A DNA stretch of 64,000 nucleotides from an uncultured Candidatus Saccharibacteria bacterium. Its GTDB lineage: Bacteria > Patescibacteriota > Minisyncoccia > Phycocordibacterales > Zambryskibacteraceae. Location: positions 5,132 to 69,131 of the forward strand of contig CAZYVS010000001.1 of the NCBI GenBank assembly GCA_964651655.1. Direction: 5' to 3'. Of this stretch, positions 56,032 through 64,000 are shown piece by piece (the first letter of the stretch is position 1; every line of letters starts with the position of its first letter). The notes below the pieces were generated by a model. The model was not told where the DNA came from, searched no databases, and saw only the letters and a program-made list of their open reading frames with translations. Position numbers and translations under genes: made by a program.

Positions 56032-56357
56032 TGAGAGAGATCAAGAGAGAGAAAATGAGAGAAATAATCCATCGCTTAGCGGCGGAGTTTGTCAGAAACG
56101 AAGCCGGCGATACTTCGCTTCTGACTATCACCAGAGTGGAAATTTCGCCCACCGGGAAAGAGTCAAAAATATATTTTACCACCCTTCCGGAAAACCTAGA
56201 AAACACTGCTTTAAAATTTTTAATAAGAAAAACTCCAGAGTTTAATGTATACGTGAGAAATAAATCTCGTCTCGGTATGGTGCCGCATATTGATTTTAAA
56301 ATCGACTACGGCGAACGCCATCGCCAGAAACTCGACGAATTAAGCGAGGAACATTAA
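56031..56357 (+). CDS. rbfA: ribosome-binding factor A
   Basis: 108 aa. 'RLAAEFVRNEAGDTSLLTITRVEISPTGKESKIYFT' matches the RbfA KH-like fold. Canonical infB-rbfA order. Confidence 0.8.
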   Translation: MREIKREKMREIIHRLAAEFVRNEAGDTSLLTITRVEISPTGKESKIYFTTLPENLENTALKFLIRKTPEFNVYVRNKSRLGMVPHIDFKIDYGERHRQKLDELSEEH

Positions 56358-56369
56358 TATATCACTGTC

Positions 56370-56440
56370 GCGAGTATGGTCTAACGGTATGACACGACCT
56401 TCCCAAGGTTGAAACCGGGGTCCGACTCCCCGTACTCGCA
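56370..56440 (+). tRNA. tRNA-Gly (anticodon CCC)
   Basis: Acceptor GCGAGTA/TACTCGC. Anticodon stem CGACC/GGTTG with loop TTCCCAA. T-stem CGGGG/CCCCG with loop TCCGACT. Confidence 0.75.
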
Positions 56441-56461
56441 CAAAAATCACGAAGTCCAATT

Positions 56462-56537
56462 TGGTGCGCCCTGAAGGGATCGAACCTTCGACCTTATCCT
56501 TAAGAGGGATCTGCTCTACCAGCTGAGCTAAGGGCGC
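56462..56537 (-). tRNA. tRNA-Lys (anticodon CTT)
   Basis: Minus strand. GCGCCCT...AGGGCGC-A-CCA. D-arm GCTC/GAGC. Anticodon loop CTCTTAA. T-arm GAAGG-TTCGATC-CCTTC. One G-A mismatch at 27-43. Confidence 0.75.
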
Positions 56538-56601
56538 ATATAAATCAAAGTATCACAAAAAAGCGATAATTTTTCAATTATGATAAAGTGATATCCGCTA
56601 T

Positions 56602-56673
56602 GGCCTAGTGGCGAAGGGGTAACGCGGCTGTCTGCAAAACAGCTACACGCCGGTTCGAGTCCGACCTAGGCCT
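56602..56673 (+). tRNA. tRNA-Cys (anticodon GCA)
   Basis: Acceptor GGCCTAG/CTAGGCC. Anticodon stem GCTGT/ACAGC with loop CTGCAAA. T-loop TTCGAGT. One mismatch in the T-stem. Confidence 0.65.
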
Positions 56674-56697
56674 CAAGCTATGATGATGTAGCTTTAT

Positions 56698-56779
56698 GCC
56701 CGGGTGGCGTAATTGGCAGCCGCGTCCGACTTAAGATCGGATACCGAAAGGTGTGTGGGTCCAAATCCCACCCCGGGCA
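56698..56779 (+). tRNA. tRNA-Leu (anticodon TAA)
   Basis: Type II. Acceptor GCCCGGG/CCCGGGC. Anticodon stem TCCGA/TCGGA with loop CTTAAGA. Long variable arm. T-stem GTGGG/CCCAC. Confidence 0.75.
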
Positions 56780-56781
56780 CT

Positions 56782-56866
56782 GCCGAGGTGGCGAAATTGG
56801 TAGACGTACTTGCCTTAGGAGCAAGCGGGGTAACCCATGGGAGTTCAAATCTCCCCCTCGGCACCA
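56782..56866 (+). tRNA. tRNA-Leu (anticodon TAG)
   Basis: Type II. Acceptor GCCGAGG/CCTCGGC plus A-CCA. Anticodon stem CTTGC/GCAAG with loop CTTAGGA. T-loop TTCAAAT. Confidence 0.8.
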
Positions 56867-56888
56867 AACCTGATATAGTATGCGATAA

Positions 56889-58811
56889 ATGAAAAAGGAA
56901 GAAAATAAAATATTCGAGGGTAATATCCGCGTCACAAGCAAAGGCGTCGGCTACTTCCCTATCTCGGATGATTCAGAAGATTATGAAATTCAGCCGGACA
57001 ACTTAAAAACTGCTCTTGATCACGATAGGGTTAAAATCGCGCTTTTAGACAAAGAAGTTTTTGGACGCAAACAAGCCGAAGTACTGGAGATAACGGAGCG
57101 GCACAAAACAAAATTTGTCGGCACTCTTGAGAAAGATGGAGACATATTTTTCCTCGTACCTGATGACAAAAGAATGTATAGAGATATAGTTGTGCCCCTT
57201 GACTCCGCTCGGGGCGCCTACGACGGAGATAAAGTCCAGGTCAAGATTACAGAATGGCTCGACCCGGCCAAAAGCCCACAAGGAGAAGTGGTTCGAGTCA
57301 TTGGACGCGCCGGAGAACATAACGCCGAGATGCTAGGCATTGTTTACGAAAGCGGCTTTGAAGTGGACTTTCCTCCTGAAGTGGAAAAGGAGGCACAGGA
57401 GTGGAAAAAGAAATATAAAAAGGAAGACTTACTCAAAGATCGAAAAGACTTCCGCGAAACCACGACCTTTACCATCGACCCGGCGGATGCCAAGGACTTC
57501 GACGATGCCCTGTCTTTCAAAGAACTGCCAAACGGTAATTATGAAATCGGTATTCATATCGCTGATGTCTCACATTTTGTGGTAGAAAAGACAGCACTGG
57601 ACAAAGAAGCACTCAAGCGCGGCACGTCTATCTATCTTGTGGACCGCACTATTCCAATGCTTCCGGAAGTGCTTTCCAACGATCTATGCTCTCTTAATGC
57701 CAACGAACCCAAATACGCTTTTTCAGTTGTCTTCGTGGTAGACAAATCGGCCAAAGTTAAAGAACGTTGGTTTGGTAAGACGCTTATAACATCTGATAAA
57801 CGATTTACCTACGAAGAAGCACAGGAGATTATGGACCAAGGGACAGGAATATTTGTTGATGAACTTAAAACTTTGAATGAACTTGCTAAAATACTTCGAG
57901 AAGAAAGATTTAAAAACGGCGCGATTGATTTTGAAACCGAGGAAGTGAAATTTGAACTTGACCACTTGGGCAAACCGATTCGAGTATATAGAAAAGAGCG
58001 TAAAGATACCCATAAACTAATCGAGGAATTCATGCTTCTGGCTAATCGCGAAGTGGCAACCTTTATGCACACTATCAATGGTAAAAATAGTCATGCGGCG
58101 TTCGTTTATCGCATCCACGATGCTCCGGATAGGGAAAAAATTGTAAATCTTGCTACCTTCGTCAAAGCACTCGGTTTCGAACTCAAAAACAAGGATGGAG
58201 AAACCACCGCGGAAGATATCTCCAGGATGCTTCGTTCAGTTGATGGCAGTCCGGCAGAAATGCTTATAAAGACAGCGGCCATCAGAGCCATGTCCAAAGC
58301 CATTTATTCAACTTCGAATATTGGCCATTTCGGACTGGCTTTTGAATATTACACCCACTTCACTTCTCCCATTCGCCGTTATCCGGATTTGATGGTTCAC
58401 AGATTGCTTCTGCGTTTCTTGACCAAGGGTAAAATTGAGCAGGATGAAATCATTAAGTATCAAAAGCTTTGCGCTGATTCAAGCGAGCGTGAACTTGAAG
58501 CGGCTCAAGCTGAACGAGCCTCTATCAAATACAAACAGGTGGAATACATGCAGGAACATATCGGCGAAGAATTCGACGCCATTATTTCCGGCGTTTCGGA
58601 ATGGGGTATTTATGTTGAGGAGATTAATACCAAAGCGGAAGGCATGGTCAAACTGCGAGACTTGAAGGATGATTTTTACGAACTGAACGAGAAACTCTAT
58701 GCTATAGTGGGTAAAAACACCGGCAAAAAATATTCTCTCGGTGATAAAGTCCGTGTTAAACTCATCGCCTCCGACCCAGAACGAAAAACTCTTGACTTTA
58801 TATTTGTTTAA
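56889..58811 (+). CDS. rnr: ribonuclease R (RNase II family 3'-5' exoribonuclease)
   Basis: RNB catalytic motif 'FTIDPADAKDFDDALS'. Cold-shock/OB N-terminus. C-terminal S1 domain 'GEEFDAIISGVSEWGIYVE'. 640 aa. Confidence 0.9.
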   Translation: MKKEENKIFEGNIRVTSKGVGYFPISDDSEDYEIQPDNLKTALDHDRVKIALLDKEVFGRKQAEVLEITERHKTKFVGTLEKDGDIFFLVPDDKRMYRDIVVPLDSARGAYDGDKVQVKITEWLDPAKSPQGEVVRVIGRAGEHNAEMLGIVYESGFEVDFPPEVEKEAQEWKKKYKKEDLLKDRKDFRETTTFTIDPADAKDFDDALSFKELPNGNYEIGIHIADVSHFVVEKTALDKEALKRGTSIYLVDRTIPMLPEVLSNDLCSLNANEPKYAFSVVFVVDKSAKVKERWFGKTLITSDKRFTYEEAQEIMDQGTGIFVDELKTLNELAKILREERFKNGAIDFETEEVKFELDHLGKPIRVYRKERKDTHKLIEEFMLLANREVATFMHTINGKNSHAAFVYRIHDAPDREKIVNLATFVKALGFELKNKDGETTAEDISRMLRSVDGSPAEMLIKTAAIRAMSKAIYSTSNIGHFGLAFEYYTHFTSPIRRYPDLMVHRLLLRFLTKGKIEQDEIIKYQKLCADSSERELEAAQAERASIKYKQVEYMQEHIGEEFDAIISGVSEWGIYVEEINTKAEGMVKLRDLKDDFYELNEKLYAIVGKNTGKKYSLGDKVRVKLIASDPERKTLDFIFV

Positions 58812-58856
58812 GTATACAACACTGTATCGGCGGTGGGTTTTTCTTTTTATATAAAT

Positions 58857-58884
58857 GCTAACATACGATATATCGTATGTTAGC
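58857..58884. terminator. 28-bp perfect palindrome between convergent rnr and smc (bidirectional terminator candidate), related to the YerC-operator palindrome
   Basis: GCTAACATACGATA|TATCGTATGTTAGC. The central ACGATATATCGT resembles the GATATATC core of the palindromes at 12269 and 12734. Confidence 0.45.
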
Positions 58885-59000
58885 TAGACACGGAGCAAAT
58901 GTAGGACAGAAAAACGTCACGGACGCCGACGGGCGGAGTGGAGTGTGCGTTTTGAGCACAAAACGATAGCGCGTTTTTCTGAACTATATTTGCGGAGTAT

Positions 59001-61103
59001 TTATTTCGCCACTTCAACAGCCTGGTCAAAAGAAATGGAAAGCAATTTAGAAATGCCGTCTGAACCCATAGTGACACCATAGATCACACCGGCGCGAGAC
59101 ATCGTCTCTCGATTATGAGTAATGAGAATAAGTTGCGAATGTTTCGACAAAGTTTCAACCAAGTCTCCGTATTTTTTAGAATTAGATTCATCGAGTGCCG
59201 CATCTGTCTCATCAAGGATAATGAACGGCGGCGGATTGACTTGAGAAACCGCGAAGATAAGAGCGATGGAAGTCAAGGCCCGCTCCCCGCCCGAGAGCAT
59301 GACGAGCCCGCGGATTTTTTTCTTAGGCAAGCTGACTTTAATGTCAAGACCCTCCTCAATTTCTTTTTCGACCTCCTCAAGGTCAGACCTTTCTAAATCC
59401 TCGAGGTTTGACCTTTTCCCGGTCTCTTTCGTCAAAACGAGACAAGCCTCTCCCCCGCCAAACATTGAAACAAAAAAGTTGCCGAATTCTTGGTTGATTT
59501 TTTCCAATCCGGAACTAAATTCAGATGCCAGACGCGTTTCCAATTCTTTAATAAGTTCGGCAAGAGTATCGGCCGATTTTTCCAGATCAAGTAATTCGCG
59601 CGCCAGAAACGCATCGCGTTCGGAAGTTTCTTTGTATTCCTTGTGAATATCGTCCATACCGGAAACATTGAAATCCTCAAGTCGAATTTTAAGCTTCTCA
59701 ATAATGCGTTTAGTGGCTTCCTGTTCTTCGCGGTTAACAGGCACGGAGACATCGCCTCCGCGTTCGTATTTGGACACGACAGGACCAACAAGATGGCCGA
59801 TCTCCTGAAGTTCTCTTCTGCACTCATCCTCAATCAGATTTAGGGAATCCTCGCGCAATTTCAGAAGGTTGAGTTTTGAACCAAGCTCATTTTCAAGAGA
59901 TTTAGTACGAAAAACTGCTTTCTCCGCCTCAGAAATTTTATGCTCTTTCTTTTTGATTATTATAAGTTTTTCTTCGAACTCTATTTGCTCTTTCTTAAGC
60001 TCTTTGATTCTCGCATGGGTTTTAGAAATAAATTTAGAATCTGTGGCATGTTTTCTTTCTGTTATGAAACTCCCTATTTTATCCTTGACTACACTAAGGT
60101 CTTGAAGGTGTTTTATATCTTCGTACAATTCTTCAACCTCTTTCAGTCTTACAGTCTTTAGCTCATCTGAAACAGAAAGTTTTTTCTCATTCTCGATCAG
60201 ACGTTCTTCGGCGATGATAAAACCGTCTATCTTGCCAATCTCCCGAGTCAATTCATCCTTCTCTTTTTGTATAGTGCTTAGTCCTGATTCTAATTCTATC
60301 AATTTCTTTGCTTCCTTCGACTCTTTAGAAAGATTTTCAAGTTCTATCTTCAGCGGCTCTTTCTCTTCTATTAACTTTTTTCTTGCAACGGAAATATAAT
60401 GCTCTTCATTTTGAAAATATTTTCTAGCTACCGAAAGAAGTTCTTGACGTTGGACTTCTGTTTTCTCTATTTTCTCTACTTGTTTTTTCAGAAACTTAAG
60501 GTGCGGCGCAATTTCCTTTCGCAAAGCTTCCACTTGCTGGATATTTTCAAAAGTCTTCTTGAGTTTGCGTTCGCTCTCCAGACGTTTGTATTGATAAAGT
60601 CTCAATCCCAAGGCGTCTTCTATCATCTCTTTCCGGTCCTTAGGACTGGCGCTAAGAATTTTGTCAGCTTCGCCTTGAGAAATAATATGATGGCCGGAGG
60701 CGCCGATATGAGTTCGAGCCAAAAGTTCCAAAATATCCCTAAGACGAACCTGACTGCCGTTGATACGATATTCGTTGAGTCCGTCTCTGTGAACTATGCG
60801 TTCAATTATCACTTCCAAAAAATCTACATCAAAGATTTTTTGAGTGTTATCAAAAGTGACCTTGACAGAGGCCCGATGGGCGCGCGGCTCGCTCACCGCC
60901 CCATTCCAGATCAAATCTTCCCCGCGTTTGCCGCGCATACTTTTGATAGATTGTTCTCCAAGCGCAAAACGAAAAGCCTCGGCCACGTTGGATTTGCCGG
61001 AACCGTTCGGGCCGACTATGGCCGCGATGGGCGAATCAAATTCAAAAACATTCTTTCTGGCAAAAGATTTAAATCCCGTAAGTTCTATACTTTTTAAATA
61101 CAT
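59001..61103 (-). CDS. smc: SMC-family chromosome segregation ATPase (short, 700 aa)
   Basis: N-terminal Walker A 'IVGPNGSGKSNVAEAFRFALGE'. Long coiled-coil (Glu/Lys/Leu heptads). C-terminal signature and Walker B 'LSGGERALTSIALIFAVSQVNPPPFIILDETDAALD'. No obvious hinge of canonical length. Confidence 0.75.
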   Translation of the reverse strand: MYLKSIELTGFKSFARKNVFEFDSPIAAIVGPNGSGKSNVAEAFRFALGEQSIKSMRGKRGEDLIWNGAVSEPRAHRASVKVTFDNTQKIFDVDFLEVIIERIVHRDGLNEYRINGSQVRLRDILELLARTHIGASGHHIISQGEADKILSASPKDRKEMIEDALGLRLYQYKRLESERKLKKTFENIQQVEALRKEIAPHLKFLKKQVEKIEKTEVQRQELLSVARKYFQNEEHYISVARKKLIEEKEPLKIELENLSKESKEAKKLIELESGLSTIQKEKDELTREIGKIDGFIIAEERLIENEKKLSVSDELKTVRLKEVEELYEDIKHLQDLSVVKDKIGSFITERKHATDSKFISKTHARIKELKKEQIEFEEKLIIIKKKEHKISEAEKAVFRTKSLENELGSKLNLLKLREDSLNLIEDECRRELQEIGHLVGPVVSKYERGGDVSVPVNREEQEATKRIIEKLKIRLEDFNVSGMDDIHKEYKETSERDAFLARELLDLEKSADTLAELIKELETRLASEFSSGLEKINQEFGNFFVSMFGGGEACLVLTKETGKRSNLEDLERSDLEEVEKEIEEGLDIKVSLPKKKIRGLVMLSGGERALTSIALIFAVSQVNPPPFIILDETDAALDESNSKKYGDLVETLSKHSQLILITHNRETMSRAGVIYGVTMGSDGISKLLSISFDQAVEVAK

Positions 61104-61147
61104 ATTACTTGTGGTGAGCTTGCCCCGCCGTGGCGGGGCGAGTCGAA

Positions 61148-61837
61148 CTACTTCCAGCCTTTGGCCTCAAGGGCCTGGCGAGCGGCTTCTTGCTCTGCGT
61201 CTTGTTTGGATTTGCCTTCTCCTTTGCCATAGACTTCCTCGTTTACATAGACTCCGACCACAAAGCGTTTGTCGTGGTCGGGGCCCGATTCGCGTATAGT
61301 TTTGTAGATAGGAGTCATACTCATATACTCTTGGGCTTTTTCTTGGAAACGACTTTTGGCGTCTATCCAATCGCCGGTAGCAAGAATATTCTCCACAAGT
61401 GGCGCGATATGGGTCAGAATGAAATTCTTGGCGATATCATACCCCCGGTCAAGATAGATGGCGCCGATAATGGCTTCCAAAGTGTTAGCCAGAATATACT
61501 GTCGCGCTCGGCCGGTGTCTTTTAATTCTCCTTTTGAGAGCAGAAGAAATTCGTTGGCGCCGAGAGTTTGGGCTACTTGGCTGCAAGTATCGGCATTGAC
61601 CAGCGCCGATCGCAAGGCGGTCAACTCCCCCTCATCTGAATGTTTAAGGCGTTCGTACAAATATCCGGTAATGGCCAATTCCAAAACCGCATCTCCCAGA
61701 AATTCCAGTCGTTCATTATGTTCCAGAGCCAGATCGCGATTTTCATTGATATATGAACGATGAGTAAAAGCTTGCTTTAACAAATTTTTGTCTTTAAATA
61801 CCACTCCGGCTCTTTTTTCAAATTTATCGAAATTCAT
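61148..61837 (-). CDS. rnc: ribonuclease III
   Basis: 'FTHRSYINENRDLALEHNERLEFLGDAVLELAITGYLYERL' RNase III signature. C-terminal dsRBD 'RFVVGVYVNEEVYGKGEGKSKQDAEQEAARQALE'. Confidence 0.9.
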   Translation of the reverse strand: MNFDKFEKRAGVVFKDKNLLKQAFTHRSYINENRDLALEHNERLEFLGDAVLELAITGYLYERLKHSDEGELTALRSALVNADTCSQVAQTLGANEFLLLSKGELKDTGRARQYILANTLEAIIGAIYLDRGYDIAKNFILTHIAPLVENILATGDWIDAKSRFQEKAQEYMSMTPIYKTIRESGPDHDKRFVVGVYVNEEVYGKGEGKSKQDAEQEAARQALEAKGWK

Positions 61838-61887
61838 ATAATTTATGGTGAGTTTATTTATGGTGAGCTTGTCGAATTATCGAACCA

Positions 61888-62808
61888 CTATTTAGATTCG
61901 GCTAATTTTGTTATGGCTTTGGTTACTATAGGCAGAATATCATCATAAAAATTTAAATCCAAGATGTCCGCAAGCTTAAACCAGCGCACATCATCCAAAC
62001 CGCCTTGCTCCTCTTTTTTCTCAAGCGTCAGTTCTTGGTACGACGCTTCAGCCAGAAAGTAGGCAACGTGTTTCAAGATCTTACCCTTCTCTGGATGATA
62101 GGTCGAATACGCGTTCTCTCCAAGCCGTTCAAGAATATCGATGGGTATGCCGAGTTCTTCTTGCGCCTCGCGACGAAGACCTTCTTCCTCGCTTTCTTGG
62201 CCCTCAAGTTTGCCTTTGGTCAGGGTCCAGTGACCGAAGACATCATGCACCAGCGCCATATAAATATTATTCTCATGGCGAGCAAAGACCACCGCGCCGG
62301 CTAAACGCTCAACTGGTAATTTGTCGAGCGGCACATTGCCGTATTTCTTTTTTGGTTTCGGCTGGTCGAATTTGCCAGGCTCTCCCATCTCTTTGTAAAC
62401 GGCTCCGAGCACTCCATTGATAAACTTGCCGGAAGTGTCGCCGCCAAAAGTTTTGGCCAGTTCAATAGCTTCGTTGATAGCTACTTTCGGCGGCACTTCC
62501 TTGCGGTCCGCGAACAAAAGTTCGGCCAAACCGATGCGTAAAATATTTCTGTCAACAACGGAGATTTTATTAATCGGCCAATCCGGCGCCGCTTTTTCTA
62601 TCAAAACATCGAGGTTTTTCTTTTTCTCCAACACTAGTTTCAAAAGATTGTTCATAAACGGCCTATCGTTCGTGCCCGGCGCAAATTCTTGAACCGTGCG
62701 CTCAAAGATCGGAAAAATATCTCCAGTTTTAGCGCCTTCAAAATCCCATTCAAAGAGAGTCTGGAGAACAATTGACCTAGATAAATGTCGGTTGGACATA
62801 AAGAACAA
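61888..62808 (-). CDS. nusB: NusB-like N-terminal domain fused to C-terminal NUDIX hydrolase domain
   Basis: Residues about 1-140 'LSRSIVLQTLFEWDF...ISVVDRNILRIGLAELLF...EAIELAKTFGGDTSGKFINGVLG' match the NusB fold. Residues about 170-300 carry a Nudix box 'GKLEGQESEEEGLRREAQEELGI'. Confidence 0.7.
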   Translation of the reverse strand: MFFMSNRHLSRSIVLQTLFEWDFEGAKTGDIFPIFERTVQEFAPGTNDRPFMNNLLKLVLEKKKNLDVLIEKAAPDWPINKISVVDRNILRIGLAELLFADRKEVPPKVAINEAIELAKTFGGDTSGKFINGVLGAVYKEMGEPGKFDQPKPKKKYGNVPLDKLPVERLAGAVVFARHENNIYMALVHDVFGHWTLTKGKLEGQESEEEGLRREAQEELGIPIDILERLGENAYSTYHPEKGKILKHVAYFLAEASYQELTLEKKEEQGGLDDVRWFKLADILDLNFYDDILPIVTKAITKLAESK

Positions 62809-62822
62809 AAGAACTTAAAAAA

Positions 62823-63026
62823 CTACTTGACTTTTTTCGCCTGTTTTTCCAGTTTAGCCGTTAAATCAATAACTTTTCTACCGCGATAAGTGCCGGTCGC
62901 TTTCGAAAGCCGATGCCGTAAATGAAAATTGCCCGACTCATCCTTGGATAAAGCGGGTTTTGAGAGCGCGTGATGAGAACGCCTGTTTCTGGTATGAGAC
63001 CTCGTATGCCTCATTCGTACTGTCAT
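62823..63026 (-). CDS. rpmF: 50S ribosomal protein L32
   Basis: 'TRNRRSHHALSKPALSKDESGNFHLRHRLSKATGTYRGRKVI' matches the L32 pattern (RRSH.AL....L..C..CG..HL.H.....G.YRGR.V). Confidence 0.8.
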   Translation of the reverse strand: MTVRMRHTRSHTRNRRSHHALSKPALSKDESGNFHLRHRLSKATGTYRGRKVIDLTAKLEKQAKKVK

Positions 63027-63114
63027 AACCCCACTCTATCACCAACTTTTCCAAAAGAAAAGCCCCGCACTCGCTGCGCGTCAGGTCAACGCGAAACGAG
63101 TGAGGGAACTTTGG

Positions 63115-63708
63115 TCACCATCTCTTCGGATAGGCGGCAACGGCGGCCCTCTGCTCATCCGTGAGCTCTTTTGGCTTCCACCCACGAATGATGTCGAAGT
63201 AGCGTTCGCAGACTTTAGGATTATCGACAGCGGCCCATGTTAACACCGCCTTGGTCGCTAGGAGATGGAAAGGTACCGTGCCCTTCTCCTCAATCTCGCA
63301 CAGCCAATCTTCAGCGGTAACCATTTTGAGAGGGCCAAGAACCTCGTCCGGATCATCCCTGTCTACAGTCTCAAAAGTCCTCAGGCACTGTTCCGGCACA
63401 TACACCGGAAAAGCAACCTTGAGATGAATACCGCCCGGGTGGTACTCATCAGGCCCACACCTGACAAGTATAGGCGTCGGCGACAGTATCTTCATCGCAA
63501 ACACCCTGCCACCCCGCGCCTCACTGAAGACACCGTTGAGAAGGGTCTCCAGAATGGATTGACCATTTTTTCCACCTTCCGTGATATGCCGGATGGAAGT
63601 CTTACCTTCACTTTCTATCAGATAAGTCATCCGAGCAATCTCCAGTAAGCCGCTCTTACCATCAATCTTCACGATCGGGGTAGAGACACTATGACTCGTA
63701 ATCTCCAT
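63115..63708 (-). CDS. hypothetical protein
   Basis: 197 aa. No recognisable motif. Not DUF177/YceD-like despite sitting upstream of rpmF. Confidence 0.35.
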   Translation of the reverse strand: MEITSHSVSTPIVKIDGKSGLLEIARMTYLIESEGKTSIRHITEGGKNGQSILETLLNGVFSEARGGRVFAMKILSPTPILVRCGPDEYHPGGIHLKVAFPVYVPEQCLRTFETVDRDDPDEVLGPLKMVTAEDWLCEIEEKGTVPFHLLATKAVLTWAAVDNPKVCERYFDIIRGWKPKELTDEQRAAVAAYPKRW

Positions 63709-63750
63709 GATAATTCTCCCTTCTGTAGTCTACCCAAGATTATACTACAT

Positions 63751-64000
63751 TTATTTACCTTTTGTCAACCGCGTTAAAAAACTCCGACGATGAATAATTG
63801 TCGGGCCGAATTTTCGAATGGCTTGTCGATGCTCGAGGGTGCCATAACCCTTGTGTTTCTGAAAATTAAATTCCGGAAATTTCTTTGAAAGTTTGACCAT
63901 CTTTTTGTCTCGGATCACTTTAGCCACGATGGAGGCCAGAGACACAATCGGGATTTTCTCATCCCCTCTTACCACTGTAAGTTGATGAATAAATTCTTCC
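63751..64000 (-). CDS. rnhB: ribonuclease HII, C-terminal part (gene runs off the window end)
   Basis: 'HKGYGTLEHRQAIRKFGPTIIHRRSF' is the RNase HII C-terminal signature. The N-terminus lies beyond position 64000. Confidence 0.6.
   Translation of the reverse strand, partial: EEFIHQLTVVRGDEKIPIVSLASIVAKVIRDKKMVKLSKKFPEFNFQKHKGYGTLEHRQAIRKFGPTIIHRRSFLTRLTKGK

Noticed and set aside
63115-63708. Calling the ORF upstream of rpmF as YceD/DUF177 on positional grounds
   Set aside because: DUF177 proteins carry C-terminal CxxC pairs and an acidic patch, which are absent here. Position alone is insufficient.

Overview
This is a low-GC (roughly 40%) bacterial chromosomal segment with small, tightly packed genes. 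I suspect a Candidate Phyla Radiation (Patescibacteria)-like organism, based on the short IF2, the short SMC, the many tiny GIY-YIG genes and the general gene style. That placement is an inference only.

Housekeeping genes:
- Nucleotide and cell-envelope metabolism: pyrG, murA, ftsE-ftsX, ftsQ-like.
- Glycogen metabolism: a glgP-glgA-GH57 cluster.
- DNA and chromosome functions: dnaX, dus, dprA, topA, rel/spoT, parB, an SMC-like gene.
- Translation and tRNA: serS, miaA, infB-rbfA, rpmG, rpmF.
- RNA processing: rnr, rnc, rnhB (partial), a NusB-NUDIX fusion.
- Transport, stress and protein turnover: a P-type ATPase, clpB, a merA-like gene, a cysteine desulfurase-like gene.

I could fold ten tRNA genes by hand: Gln-CTG, Gln-TTG, Leu-CAA, Trp-CCA, Tyr-GTA, Gly-CCC, Lys-CTT, Cys-GCA, Leu-TAA, Leu-TAG.

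Accessory regions sit between the housekeeping genes:
- 13.4-20.9 kb: a paralogous family of secreted repeat proteins.
- 20.9-23.9 kb: a gene-poor stretch of terminator-bounded mini-genes and large hairpins.
- 27.2-30.9 kb: a cluster of small enzymes with an ASCH protein and a HEPN-like protein.
- 34.2-34.9 kb: a REP-associated tyrosine transposase with REP-like palindromes.
- 38.1-39.2 kb: a GC-rich island.

The most unusual signals are three tiny GIY-YIG nuclease genes that each sit beside a tRNA gene. For two of them, a partial pseudo-copy of the same tRNA, interrupted by GC-rich palindromes, lies on the other side of the GIY-YIG gene. Several families of short palindromic elements also occur in-frame inside essential genes (dus, topA, miaA, and the transposase gene itself).

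No CRISPR array and no rRNA were seen. All calls come from reading the sequence and the supplied ORF translations. No database search was run.
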